Assembly: GCA_964016885.1 (NCBI GenBank)
Contig: OZ024763.1
Coordinates: 27,280,001-27,344,000 of the forward strand
Source: Eledone cirrhosa
Lineage: Eukaryota
DNA length: 64,000 nucleotides
Reading direction: 5' to 3'
In this document: piece after piece, positions 12,924 through 25,909 of the stretch
Position numbering within the stretch: position 1 is the first letter of the stretch
Layout: the number at the start of each line of letters is the position of its first letter
Notes under the pieces: generated by a model
Told to the model about the DNA's origin: nothing
What the model saw: only the letters and a program-made list of their open reading frames with translations
The model's database searches: none
Program-made: the position numbers and the translations under genes

Positions 12924-13554
12924 TTAAAAAATGCAAACATAAACATAATAAACATATATATGAATAACAAACAATAATAACAACAAAAAAAAAACAATGA
13001 ATAAAAGTCATTCTTCTAAACCATTATCACTGCTGCTACTACTACTTTTATTGTTATCATTATTATTATTGTTGTTAGGTGGTGGATTGAAAGTATTGGT
13101 GGAGGGTCGGACGCCATGCTTTGCAGCATGGAGTTATGGCCCTTTACAGTCTGAGTTCAAATCCCGCTGAGGTTAACTTTGCCTTTCATCCTTACGGGGT
13201 CGATAAAATAAAGTACCAGTAATGCACTGGGGTTATTGCTGGCCTTGTGCCAAAAGTAGAAACAATTATTGTTATTGTTGTTATTATTTTTAATATTCTT
13301 GTTGTTATTTTTCATGCTCTTGTTCTTATATGTTGTCATGATTAATATCATTGTTATTATTATTGTAGTTTGGCAGAATCGGTAGAGTGTCAGACAATAT
13401 GCTTTGTGGCATAAAGTTACGTCCCTTGTAATTTCTGAGTTCAAATACTGCCACGGTTAACTTTCCTTTCATCCTTACAGGGCCTAAGCATTTGTTCAAA
13501 GCTCTAACACCTAAGCCAACCCACCACGTGCATTTTATATATATATATGTATGC

Positions 13555-13591
<37 letters not shown>

Positions 13592-13937
13592 ATTGTTTCT
13601 ACATTGGGCACAAGGCCAGCAATTAACCAGTGCATTACTGGTCCTTTATTTTATCGACCCTGTAAGGATGAAAGGCAAAGTTAACCTCGACGGTTATATA
13701 TATATATATATATTATATATATATAATATATATATATATATAAAATATATATATATATACTATATCACATATATATACGTATCATATATATATATATATA
13801 CTATATCACATATATATATACGTATCATATATATATATATATACTATATCATATATATATATATACGTATCGTATATATAAATATATCATGTACATATAT
13901 ATATATATATATATATATCATGCATATATATATATAT

Positions 13938-13973
<36 letters not shown>

Positions 13974-14469
13974 GGAAAGAGCGAGTGAGAGAGCTTGAGT
14001 TTACTTCAGTTTCCGTCGCAGCAAACGGCTGAGAGACACGTATTGCCCCAGATCACGGATAGGATGCTAGTGTATCTGATATGACGCTCTCCAAAGACAA
14101 AGACACTTCTATAGAAGTGTCTGATGTAGAGAATGTATGATCAACCTAAACATTTTAAAACATAAAATATCACAAAGTATGTGGAAGTTTGAAATTATAA
14201 TCACCACCAGCATCATTATCATCATCATCATCATCATCATCATTTTTATGTCTAAATTTTTTTTAATGCTGGTATAGGCTGGATAGGATAGGTGGCAAAT
14301 TAGCAGGGTCGTTAGAACGTCGGATAGAATGCTTTATGGTATTTGTTCCGGTTGTCTGATCTCTGAGTTCAAATCCTGCCATGGTCTGGCTGATACTCCC
14401 ATAAATAGAGTTATTCTCACTTAACCCTTTAGTATTTACAACTAATTTTATGAAGATAAAACATGCTCG

Positions 14470-14850
14470 CACTGTAAAAACCTTTGTGTGGGCCGCAGGT
14501 GTGCTTGTAAAGGGCCGTACGTTTGACATGCCTGGTATACAACATCTCCTGAGGACGTCATCCAACAAACAAGACTCTATATGGATCCTTGCCCTACATC
14601 TCTGATGTTGTGAAGCATCGTTGTCAGGCCCTTGTTGGCCATGTCCCTCACCATGATAAACCCACCGGAAGATTGCTCTTCTGGGCGCAGGATGCAAAGA
14701 GAAGGGTTGGACGGCTGTATATCGCATTGAAGTCAATCATTGAGATGGACACAGACCTCAAAGGAGGGGATCTGTGTGCTGCAATGGTCAACCAAGGACT
14801 TTGAAGCTCAAACTTTGTCAATGTCTTCCCATACCACCACATCTGTCAAT
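14470..14850 (+). mobile_element. Degenerate RTE-like LINE 3' fragment
   Basis: ISDVVKHR..LVGHV..RLLFWA..RRVGR..IEMDT.L..AM. Confidence 0.55.
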
Positions 14851-15176
14851 GTCTTGCCATAACTTAATGAATGTAGGGATGCAATGCTGACAATAACCCA
14901 GCCAGTAAAAATGGAAAAAAAAAAAAGCAGATGTAAATGATGATGATGATGATGATGATTCCAGCTGTAAAAGTTGCCTATGTTGTATACATATTAATAT
15001 ATTATATATTTTCTTTTTCTTTCTTTGGTTTCAAAACAGTAGAGTGTGATATGTGATATGCTTTGAGGAAGGTTTAGAAGCCAGAGACGGAACTAGGGAT
15101 AAATAGCGCCTTTGGCAAGCAGTGAAATTGTGCCCCTACCTAAATATCTAACACCCATCTTTCAGATAACCATAAA

Positions 15177-17470
15177 GTTCAAGTGGCATCCATGACATAT
15201 GCCAGACCCTAGTTACGCCTCTGTTAGTAACTATTCCTGGCAGATTGTGTGACCATGTAGGAGCTCCAAGTGGCACCCATGACATGTCATACTCTAACTA
15301 CTTTTGTTAGTAACTGTTCCTAGCAGATTGTGTGACCATGTAGGAGCTCCAAGTGGCACCCTTGACATATGTCATACTCTAATTACTTTTGTTTGTAACT
15401 GTTCCTAGCAGATTGTGTGACCATGTAGGAGCTCCAAGTGGCACCCTTGACATATGTCATACTCTAATTACTTTTGTTAGTAACTGTTCCTAGCAGATTG
15501 TGTGACCATGTAGGAGCTCCAAGTGGCACCCATGACATATGTCATACTCTAATTACTTTTGTTTGTAACTGTTCCTAGCAGATTGTGTGACCATGTAGGA
15601 GCTCCAAGTGGCACCCATGACATATGTCATACTCTAATTACTTTTGTTAGTAACTGTTCCTAGCAGATTGTGTGACCATGTAGGAGCTCCAAGTGGCACC
15701 CATGACATATGTCATACTCTAATTACTTTTGTTTGTAACTGTTCCTAGCAGATTGTGTGACCATGTAGGAGCTCCAAGTGGCACCCTTGACATATGTCAT
15801 ACTCTAATTACTTTTGTTAGTAACTGTTCCTAGCAGATTGTGTGACCATGTAGGAGCTCCAAGTGGCACCCATGACATATGTCATACTCTAATTACTTTT
15901 GTTTGTAACTGTTCCTAGCAGATTGTGTGACCATGTAGGAGCTCCAAGTGGCACCCATGACATGTCATACTCTAACTACTTTTGTTAGTAACTGTTCCTA
16001 GCAGATTGTGTGACCATGTAGGAGCTCCAAGTGGCACCCTTGACATATGTCATACTCTAACTACTTTTGTTAGTAACTGTTCCTAGCAGATTGTGTGACC
16101 ATGTAGGAGCTCCAAGTGGCACCCTTGACATATGCCAGACCCTAGTTACGCCTCTGTTAGTAACTATTCCTGGCAGATTGTGTGACCATGTAGGAGCTCC
16201 AAGTGGCACCCTTGACATATGTCATACTCTAATTACTTTTGTTAGTAACTGTTCCTAGCAGATTGTGTGACCATGCAGGACCTCCAAGTGGCACCCATGA
16301 CATATGTCATACTCTAATTACTTTTGTTAGTAACTGTTCCTAGCAGATTGTGTGACCATGTAGGAGCTCCAAGTGGCACCCATGACATATGTCATACTCT
16401 AATTACTTTTTTTAGTAACTGTTCCTAGCAGATTGTGTGACCATGTAGGAGCTCCAAGTGGCACCCATGACATGTCATACTCTAACTACTTTTGTTAGTA
16501 ACTGTTCCTAGCAGATTGTGTGACCATGTAGGAGCTCCAAGTGGCACCCATGACATATGTCATACTCTAATTACTTTTGTTTGTAACTGTTCCTAGCAGA
16601 TTGTGTGACCATGTAGGAGCTCCAAGTGGCACCCATGACATGTCATACTCTAACTACTTTTGTTAGTAACTGTTCCTAGCAGATTGTGTGACCATGTAGG
16701 AGCTCCAAGTGGCACCCATGACATATGTCATACTCTAATTACTTTTGTTTGTAACTGTTCCTAGCAGATTGTGTGACCATGTAGGAGCTCCAAGTGGCAC
16801 CCATGACATGTCATACTCTAACTACTTTTGTTAGTAACTGTTCCTAGCAGATTGTGTGACCATGTAGGAGCTCCAAGTGGCACCCATGACATATGTCATA
16901 CTCTAATTACTTTTGTTAGTAACTGTTCCTAGCAGATTGTGTGACCATGTAGGAGCTCCAAGTGGCACCCATGACATATGTCATACTCTAATTACTTTTG
17001 TTTGTAACTGTTCCTAGCAGATTGTGTGACCATGTAGGAGCTCCAAGTGGCATCCATGACATATGCCAGACCCTAGTTACGCCTCTGTTAGTAACTATTC
17101 CTAGCAGATTATGTGACCATATAGGACCTCCAAGTGGCACCCATGACATATGCAAGACCCTAGTTATGCCTCTGTTAGTAACTATTCCTAGCAGATTGTG
17201 TGACCATGTAGGACCTCCAAGTGGCACCCATGACATATGCCATACCCTTGTTACGCCTCTGTTAGTAACTATTCCTAGCAGATTATGTAACCATATAGGA
17301 CCTCCAAGTGGCACCCATGACATATGCAAGACCCTAGTTATGCCTCTCTTAGTAACTATTCCTAGCAGATTGTGTGACCATATAGGACCTCCAAGTGGCA
17401 CCCATGACATATGCAAGACCCTAGTTATGCCTCTCTTAGTAACTATTCCTAGCAGATTGTGTGACCATGT
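15177..17470. repeat. 83-85-bp minisatellite, about 27 copies
   Basis: Unit CTAGCAGATTGTGTGACCATGTAGGAGCTCCAAGTGGCACCCATGACATATGTCATACTCTAATTACTTTTGTTAGTAACTGTTC; no unique spacers. Confidence 0.95.
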
Positions 17471-17474
17471 GAGG

Positions 17475-17870
17475 TAGAGTTTCTCAAAGTGGGCACTACT
17501 GCCACCCAGGGGGCATTGATTACGTCCAGGAGGGCATTCAGAGGAACAGAGAGGCTGCCATTCCGCCCATGCAAGTGATTATATAATTATAGTATTGTAT
17601 ACATGATATATAATAGTATATTAAATAGCAAATGATACATATATATATTTATATATAGTAAAAATATAAATATATAATATTTATTTATACATAGTATATA
17701 TTATATTATTTATTTATTATATATAAATTAACAATTTTATTTATTATATATTATTTATAATTTACATGTAGGCAGGTATCTCTGGAAATAGGGGTGAAGG
17801 GTGTTGGGGGTATTATGTGGCAGTGAGAAGGGGGAGGAGGGCAGTGGCTCAAAATGTTTGAGGACCTCTG
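17475..17870. mobile_element. hAT (Charlie-like) MITE inserted at the end of the minisatellite array
   Basis: Ends TAGAGTTTCTCAAA / TTTGAGGACCTCTG; a degenerate minisatellite unit resumes at 17871. Confidence 0.55.
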
Positions 17871-18014
17871 ATATAGGGGTTCTAAATGGCACCCAAAGCA
17901 TGTGCCAGGTTTGTCATAGACTAGTTACACCTCTGTTAGTAACTATTCATAACGATATTCACTCTAACCCCAGAAGCTGTTGCAATGTTTTGCTTTCCTA
18001 TCAATGTATATATA

Positions 18015-18352
18015 CAGGTTCACAATCTCTTATCTGAAATTCCGAAAACCGAACACATTTTTTTCCAGGATGTCATCTGCACACCAAAGCTTGCATTTGG
18101 TGCCAAACTTAACCCAAAAAGACACAGACAGTCAACCCAGGTCATGCAGTTGTGGCTCAGTGCGGCTGCCAGTCAGATGCATTGCACCTGGTAGGCACAT
18201 ACTCATGGTCACGAGCCCAGCACTCTACCACTGAGAAGTCCTGTCCCCTATAATGTTTAAAATAAACTTTAAAATCTACGTTAACAATCTTCCATTCCGA
18301 AATCCGAAAAGTGTCTGGTCCCAAGTTTTTCGGATAAGAGATTGTGAACCTG
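18015..18352. mobile_element. Tc1/mariner-type MITE
   Basis: TIRs CAGGTTCACAATCTCTTATCtGAAA / TTTCgGATAAGAGATTGTGAACCTG with TA on both sides. Confidence 0.8.
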
Positions 18353-18358
18353 TATGTA

Positions 18359-18410
<52 letters not shown>

Positions 18411-18862
18411 TATATAGATAGATATATATACATATATATATATATATATCTTGCTCCAATTGTTTACTAAATCTTTGTATACAAAATAAAGCTAAATTGA
18501 TCAAACTATTCATTTGCCTTCAACCAAAGCAGCATATTATTTTATTTTTCTCACCATCTCTCACACACATTGATGAAGGGCAAGGATCCAAAACATTAGA
18601 CTCTTTCTTTCCTTACAGCGGCAAATGAATTACCTGAACCTACCTGTGGCCTAATTATTGATGATTCTGATCATCACCAGTTTCCAAGATTCCAGATTTC
18701 ACCCTTTAGCATTTATATTATATTTACTATTGTATTTTCATAATATTTCACATAATATCGAATCAATGAGATTTCGATATTATTTATTTTACCAGTATGA
18801 GTGGTCGGTTACAGCCAGTTTGAACAGAAAGAGGTGAGACAATTCTGGCCAGATATGGCTGG

Positions 18863-19664
18863 TTTAACCCTTTAGCATTCACATTATTTTATATATACTA
18901 TTATATTTTCATGGTAAAGGCTTTACCTCTCATAATTATCTCACATAATATCGAATCTATGAGATTTTGAAAGTATTTATTTTGAGAACAATACCTTAAC
19001 ATAAGTTTGAGCAACCAGTTACAGCCAGTTTCAAGAGAAAAAGGTAGAGAATTCTGGCCGGTTTTGGCCGGCTTGAACACTAAAGGGTTAACATCAGTAT
19101 GAGCAGCCAGTTACAGCTGATTTGAACAGAAAGAGGTGAGAGAACTCTGGCTGGTTTAAATACTAAAGGGTTAACATCAGTATGAGTGGCCAGTTACGGC
19201 TGCTTTGAAGAGAAAGAGGTGAGAGAACTCTGGCTGGATATGGCTGGTTTAAATACTAAAGGGTTAACATCAGTATGAGAAGCCAGTTACGGCTGCTTTG
19301 AAAAGAAAAAGGTGAGAGAATTCTGGCCGGATACAGCCAGTTTCACCCTATAGCATCTACATTTTACTCTATATTTATAATTATATTTTCATGGTAAAGG
19401 CTTTACCTTATATAATTATCTCACATAATATCAAATCTACGAGATTTTGATATTATTTATTTTGAGAGCAATACCATAAAGTTGGTATGAGGGGCCAGCT
19501 ATGGCCAGTTTAACAGAAAGAGGTGAGAGAATTCTGGCCAGATATGGCTGGTTTAAATGCCAAAGGATTAACATCATTATGAATGGCCAGTTACAGCCAG
19601 TTTGAACAGAAAGAGGTGAGAGAATTCTAGCCGTATCCGGCTGGTTTAAATGCTAAAGGGTTAA
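18863..19664. mobile_element. piggyBac-type MITE cluster (TTAA-CCCTTTAG...CTAAAGGG-TTAA)
   Basis: TTAA-flanked TIRs with tandemly repeated right ends; the same family occurs at 29430-30400 and 61761-61960. Confidence 0.65.
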
Positions 19665-20202
19665 ACTATATAAATCAAAGATTTGGTAATCTATTTCACT
19701 CACTGATCCTTTATTTATTTTTTTTATATCCTCATGTATATACTTTTCTCCCAGAGAAACCAAGAAACAGAGTGTGCCCTTTCATATGACACACAGGGAT
19801 ATGGTGTACCTATTTTAAACTGAATACTTACTATATTCTAAAGCTATCAGGTGTTCAAACTGTTAAGCATTTTATAATACTTCAACAAATATTTTAATTT
19901 ATTACTAAAAAAGAAATCTTAGATTTTAGGGAACATTATATATAGAATTCCTATAAGACATCTAATTTTCTCTAGAATATACAAATCACAGCTGTTGTTA
20001 TTTTGGTGATTATAAAGTTTGGCAGGTTTTAATGGTTTTCAATAATTTTAGTTTCTCCAATATTTTCATGTTTTAAAGACCAGATGTACTTAAATAAATC
20101 TGTAGGAAAAAAAAAACTTTTAGGATTTCTAAAGCATGTTTGTATTGATTATATCTTATCTTAAAAGGTTTCTCAATCAATCCAATATAATCCTAAAAAA
20201 TG

Positions 20203-20540
20203 AAGGCACATGGCTTAGTGGTTAGAGCATTGGCCTTGCAATCGAAAGGTTGTGAGTTCAATTCTCAGACCGGGTGATGTGTTGTTTCCTTGAGCAAGAC
20301 ACTTTATTTCACATTGCTCCAGTTTACTCAGCTGTAGAAATGAGATGATAGGGACTGGGGTCCCTATCATTCCACTGCAAAGTGGTCATGGAGGTGCCAC
20401 GGCAAAAAAGCACCCACCCCTCACTGTAAATGAGGTTGGTGTTAGGAAGGGCATCCAGCTGTAGAAATCAAGCCAGAATCAGTTCCCGTCCCACCCTTGC
20501 AAGCAGGGAAAAAGCGGACGTAAAATGAAATGAGGATGAA
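20203..20540 (+). mobile_element. SINE family A copy
   Basis: Near-identical to 577-908. Confidence 0.85.
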
Positions 20541-21159
20541 TGAAAAGACTTTCATGCAATAAACTATTGATTTAAAAATAAAATATATATGTCTTTAATG
20601 GACAATATACATCAATGTAGATAACTGTTTAAGATTTTTACTATAAATGTATGTTATTTCTGTAACAAATTTTGTGAATAACTGAAGTTTAAGTTAATAT
20701 TATTCCCATGAAAAATCTTATAATTATCATAATTCATTGTTTTTACATTCACATTTGTACGCTGGCATAAGTTGGATGGTATGTTTTGAGATAATTGTTT
20801 CTACGTTTGGCACAAGGCCAGCAATTACCCAGTACATTACTGGTACTTTATTTTATCGACCCCATAAGGATGAAAGGCAAAGTTAACCTTGGCGGGATTT
20901 GAACTCAGAATGGCAAGGGCCGTAACTCTATGCGTCAAAGCATGGCGGCCGACCCTCTACCGATACTGCCAATCCACCACCATATATATAATAATAATTG
21001 TTTCTACGTTAGGCACAGGGCCAGCAAATACCCAGTGTATTACTGGTACTTTATATCATCATCATCATCATCAGGTTTAGCGTCCGTGTTCCACGCTTGC
21101 ATGGGTTTGGACGGGGGTTTTCCCACTTGAGGCAAGAGTGGTTGTCTTGCTCGCATAGG

Positions 21160-21510
21160 ACTGTCTGGCGGGTTTTCTACAGTTGGATGCCCTTCCTAAC
21201 ACCAACCACATTTACAGTGTGGGGCTGGGAGGTTTTTACCGTGTTGCCTACACGGCCACATTACAGCGTGGACTGTCTGGCGGGTTTTCTACAGCTGGAT
21301 GCCCTTCCTAACACCAACCACATTTACAGTGTGGGGCTGGGAGGTTTTTACCGTGTTGCCTACACGGCCACATTACAGCGTGGACTGTCTGGCGGGTTTT
21401 CTACAGCTGAATGCCCTTCCTAACACCAACCACATTTACAGTGTGGGGCTGGGAGGTTTTTACCGTGTTGCCTACACGGCCACATTTACAGCGTGGACTG
21501 TGTGTTTTTT
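21160..21510. repeat. 112-bp tandem repeat (3 copies) within a retroelement tail
   Basis: ATGCCCTTCCTAACACCAACC at 21187, 21299 and 21411. Confidence 0.85.
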
Positions 21511-21940
21511 GTCGTGACACCTACACGATCTCATTTATATATATAATAATAATAATAATTGTTTCTACTTTTGACACAAGGCCAGCAATTACCCAGTACA
21601 TTACTGGTACTTTATTTTATCGACCCCGTAAGGATGAAAGGCAAAGTTAACCGTGGCGGGATTTGAACTCAGACTGTAAAGGGACGTAACTATGCTAGAA
21701 AGCATGGCGTCCAACCCTCTACCGATACTGCCAATTCACCGCAATGTTTTATAGTCAGATGCCGTTCTTGATGCCAACACTTTTCGTCGCCTCTTACGAC
21801 ATGCAGATATAGTGTACCTATTCTAAAAACCGGGATACACACAGAAATATATATATATACATCGAGATCATGTAGGTGTCACAACAAAAAAAAAACCGAA
21901 GATGATGATGATGATATATATATATATATACTTTTCTTGC

Positions 21941-21977
<37 letters not shown>

Positions 21978-22069
21978 CAACAAAAGTGTATATATATATA
22001 TATATATAATTTCATTTTAACATCCGTTTTTCTATGCTTGCAAGGGTGGGACGGGTCTTATTCAGGTCT

Positions 22070-22170
<101 letters not shown>

Positions 22171-24305
22171 TAAACAAAATTTTGAGACAAATAACAAACA
22201 AAATTAAGAAATGGTTGTTTAAAAAAAGTTTTTTTGTTTTATTTCCAAACATTAAAAAATGCTGAATTTTCTTTTTTTAAAAAAAAAAAGGTTTATTTAT
22301 AATAAATTCTTCAACAAAATCCTAAGAATTAGGTTTCAGAATATACATATTTATGGCGGTTGAATGGCAGAATCAGTAGAGCAGCAGACAATAGTACCTT
22401 GCAGTATTTTGTTATCGACCTTTATATTCTGAATTCAAATCCCTCCAGAGTTCACTTTGAGTTTTATCTTTCTGAGGTAGATAAAATAAATACTGGCTGA
22501 CAACAAAATTGACTGCTAAACTAGCAGTCCCTAAAATATTTTTCTCAGATCCCTAGGGCATCCACAAAGGTAATACTGAGGGGTTTATGAGTTTGTTGAC
22601 CTTTTAAAAGTCTTGGATCAATAAGAAAAAATTCATTTAAATGAATAAGGTCTGTGAGAATACTCATTTAAATGAATAGGGTTTGCAGGAAAATTCTTTT
22701 AAATGAATAGGGTTTACAGGAAAATTCATTCAAATGAATAGATCCCTATTAGTGAAAAGGTTGGGAACCACTTAACTAAGCCCTTGCAAAACCAGTAGCC
22801 AAACAAACCACACAGTCAATGATGCATGATAGAAAATAGCACAGGATTTCATAATTTTCTTGTATTCATATTTTCTTCATAACCGGTAGAGGGTCGGACG
22901 CCATGCTTTGCAGCATAGAGTTACGGCCCTTTATGATCTGAGTTCAAATCCCACCGAGGTTAACTTTGCCTTTCATCCTTACAGGGTCGATAAAATAAAG
23001 TACCAGTAATATACTGGGATAATTGCTGGCCTTGTGCCAAAAGTAAAAATAATTATTGTCATAAATATTTATTTCAAATGTAGACGCAAGGTCCCACACT
23101 TTTTTGAAGGAGAGGGTAATGAGGGAGGGGGTATGCGATTTAATTAACACTGCCCTCCATATAAGGATTTAATAAGTACTATATTTCATTGACACATAAA
23201 AGATGAAAGGTGAATTTGACAAACCTCAGCGGGATTTGAACTCAGAACCTAAAGCGTTATAGCTAAATTCCTTAAGAAATACATATTGTCTGATGTTCTA
23301 CCGATTCTTTCAGTCTACGCTGCCCTCATAAATAATAGCAGTGATTTTTAAAATTGGCAGAAGCAGGGAAAGCAAGGAAAGTACAATTAATTAATATTGA
23401 CACCAATACATAACTGGTATTTTATTCAAATGATCACCACTTTCAGGAAGGATGATGTATTGAGTTGACTTCAACAGGATTTCAACTAAAAGTTATAAAA
23501 ATAAAATAAAAAAAAAAACAAAGCATTTTGTGCAATGCTCTAATGGATTCTGCCAATATCCTGCCTTTATATATATAAAAATTACCCATTTATTATCATA
23601 TTTCTAATGAAAGACACTGTCTAAAATTTTCAAATAATTTTGAAAATAATCAAAAATATAAATGGATTTAGTAATGTAACTAAATTTCTCACTATTAAGC
23701 TAGCATTTGAGCTACAACTTAAAATTTCTTACATAAGATTATGATGAAATTACATAAGATTTTCTGAAAAAGTAAATACTTTAACCCTTTTGTTACCATA
23801 TTTCTAATAAAAGAAACTGTCTAGAATTTTCAAATAATCAAGAATTTTAAAAGATTTACTAATATTTCTCAATTTTAAGCTAGTATTTGAGCTACAGTTC
23901 GTACATAAGATTATGATGGAAGGTTTTTTTGAAAAAGTAAATATTTAACCCTTTTGTTACCATATTTTTAATAAAAGAAATTGCTTATAATTTTTGAATA
24001 GTTTTGAAAATATTCAAGAATTTAAAGGATTTAGCTATATAACTAATTTATATCAAACTGGTGTTAAAGATTCTTACATAAAATTAAGATGGAAGGGTTT
24101 TGGATAAAGTAAACAGTTAACTATGCCAACTTTGGTTTTTCATAGAAGAAAAAAAAGGAAAAAAAATTCTGCTGCCATTTTAAGTTCTTCTTCATTGAGG
24201 ATATTGGTTTTGGTGTACGAGGTTCAGCAAAAAAGTTCATAGGCTGACTACGAAGGAGTGATGCTAGAGCTGTGAAATCTTGCAAGTAAGAGTTCTCCAC
24301 CATTT

Positions 24306-24744
24306 ACGAGAGTGGCCTGAAAAGTTCATTGGCTGACTATGAAGGAATGATGCTAGAGCTGTGAAATCTTGCATGCATTAATTTCTACTCTTATCAATAA
24401 TGGTTTCTGATTTCGGCACTATGCCAGCAATTTTAGAGGTGGGGGTAAGCCAAGGAAATCGATCCCAGTGTGTTACTGGTACTTTATTTTATCGACCCAG
24501 TAATGGTGAAAGGCAAAGCTAATCCTAGTGGGATTTAAACTCATAACGTAAAGGGCCGTAACTCTATGCAATAAAGCATGTTGTCCAACGCTCTACTGAT
24601 ACTGCCAATCCACCGCCATCACTCTTCTTATTAATAATAACTGCATTGTTTCTTTCCAGGGTCTATGGTTGAAAAATAAACCTCATTTGGTCATTCCATG
24701 AGAGTATCTTGGTCAGCCTATGAACTTTTTAGTTGACCCTTGTA
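24306..24744. mobile_element. Mariner-type MITE interrupted by a SINE-B, 3' of the fumarase stop
   Basis: TACGAG..AAAAGTTCATtGGCTGAC / GTCAGCCTATGAACTTTT..CCTTGTA. An uninterrupted homolog is at about 45865-46040 and an extra left end is at 24216. Confidence 0.65.
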
Positions 24745-24843
24745 TGTACAGTAGTTTGGTGTGTGTCCAGTTTGTTGGTATACGTACAGTGTGTTGGTGT
24801 GTGTGTGTATACAGTAGAAGTAAGACGGAACGATGCTGGGATG

Positions 24844-24944
24844 TTACGCCACCTGCCATTTTTGGAAGAAGTCGTTGCCCTTGTTGTCGACGACGATGAA
24901 GGCGGGGAAATTTTCAACTTCGACTTTCCAGATGGCTTCCATAC
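24844..24944 (-). CDS. fumA: Class I fumarase coding exon 12 (last)
   Basis: [33 protein letters not shown]; CAG acceptor. Confidence 0.93.
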
Positions 24945-25870
24945 CTGGTGGTAGAGGATAGTGTAGATGTAGATAAGGTGATAGAGAGGGAGAGAGTGAG
25001 TGAAAGAGTGTGAGTGAAAGAGAGAGCAAGAGAAAAGAAAAGTTTAGTTGGAGAGAGTGAGAGAGCGAGAGAAGGGAGAGAGAGAGAGACGTTTAGAAGT
25101 GGAGATAAAGATTTAGTGGGGAGGGATTGAGAGAGAGTGAAAAGAGTGAGACAGTGTGAGAGAGAGAGAGAGAGAGATTTAGTGAGAGTAAGAGAGAGAC
25201 TGACAAGCAGACAATTCAGACATATAGACATAGACACATACACACACACACATTGTCAGAGACAAGCACACACATGTATACAGACACAGACATACACACA
25301 CAGACACACACACCTACATATTGGATATACTGACTGACAGACAAGAAGGGGGGTGGACATGAGGGGGCGGGGGTGGGTAAGACAATCATACAGACAGACA
25401 GACAGACATTAGAGTTTGAACAAGAGGGAGGAGGAGATGAAGGGGAGAAGGGGAGAGGAGGAGGAAGATGAGGAATAGAAAGAGGGGGAGGAGGAAGGAG
25501 AGAAGGAAGAAGAGAAAGAAGGGGAAAAGAGGAAGAAGAGAAAGAGGGTGGAGGAAGAGAAAGGAGAGGAGGAGGAAGGAGTGGAGGAGGAAGGAGAAAA
25601 GAAAGAGGGGGAAAAGAGGAGGAAGAAGAGAAAGATGGGGAGGAGAAAGAGGGTGGAGGAAGAGGAAGGAGAGGAGGAGGAAGGAGAAAAGAAAGAGGGG
25701 GAAAAGAGGAGGAAGAAGAGAAAGATGGGGAGGAGAAAGAGGGTGGAGGAAGAGGAAGGAGAGGAAGAAAAGAAAGAGGGGGAAAAGAGGAGGAAGAAGA
25801 GAAAGATGGGGAGGAGAAAGAGGGTGGAGGAAGAGGAAGGAGAGGAAGAAGAGAAAGAGGCGGAAAAGAG

Positions 25871-25909
<39 letters not shown>

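Noticed and set aside
15177-17470. CRISPR array or repeat-protein ORFs
   Set aside because: Units are contiguous with no unique spacers, there are no cas genes, and the context is eukaryotic. The ORFs arise only where the unit is 84 bp.
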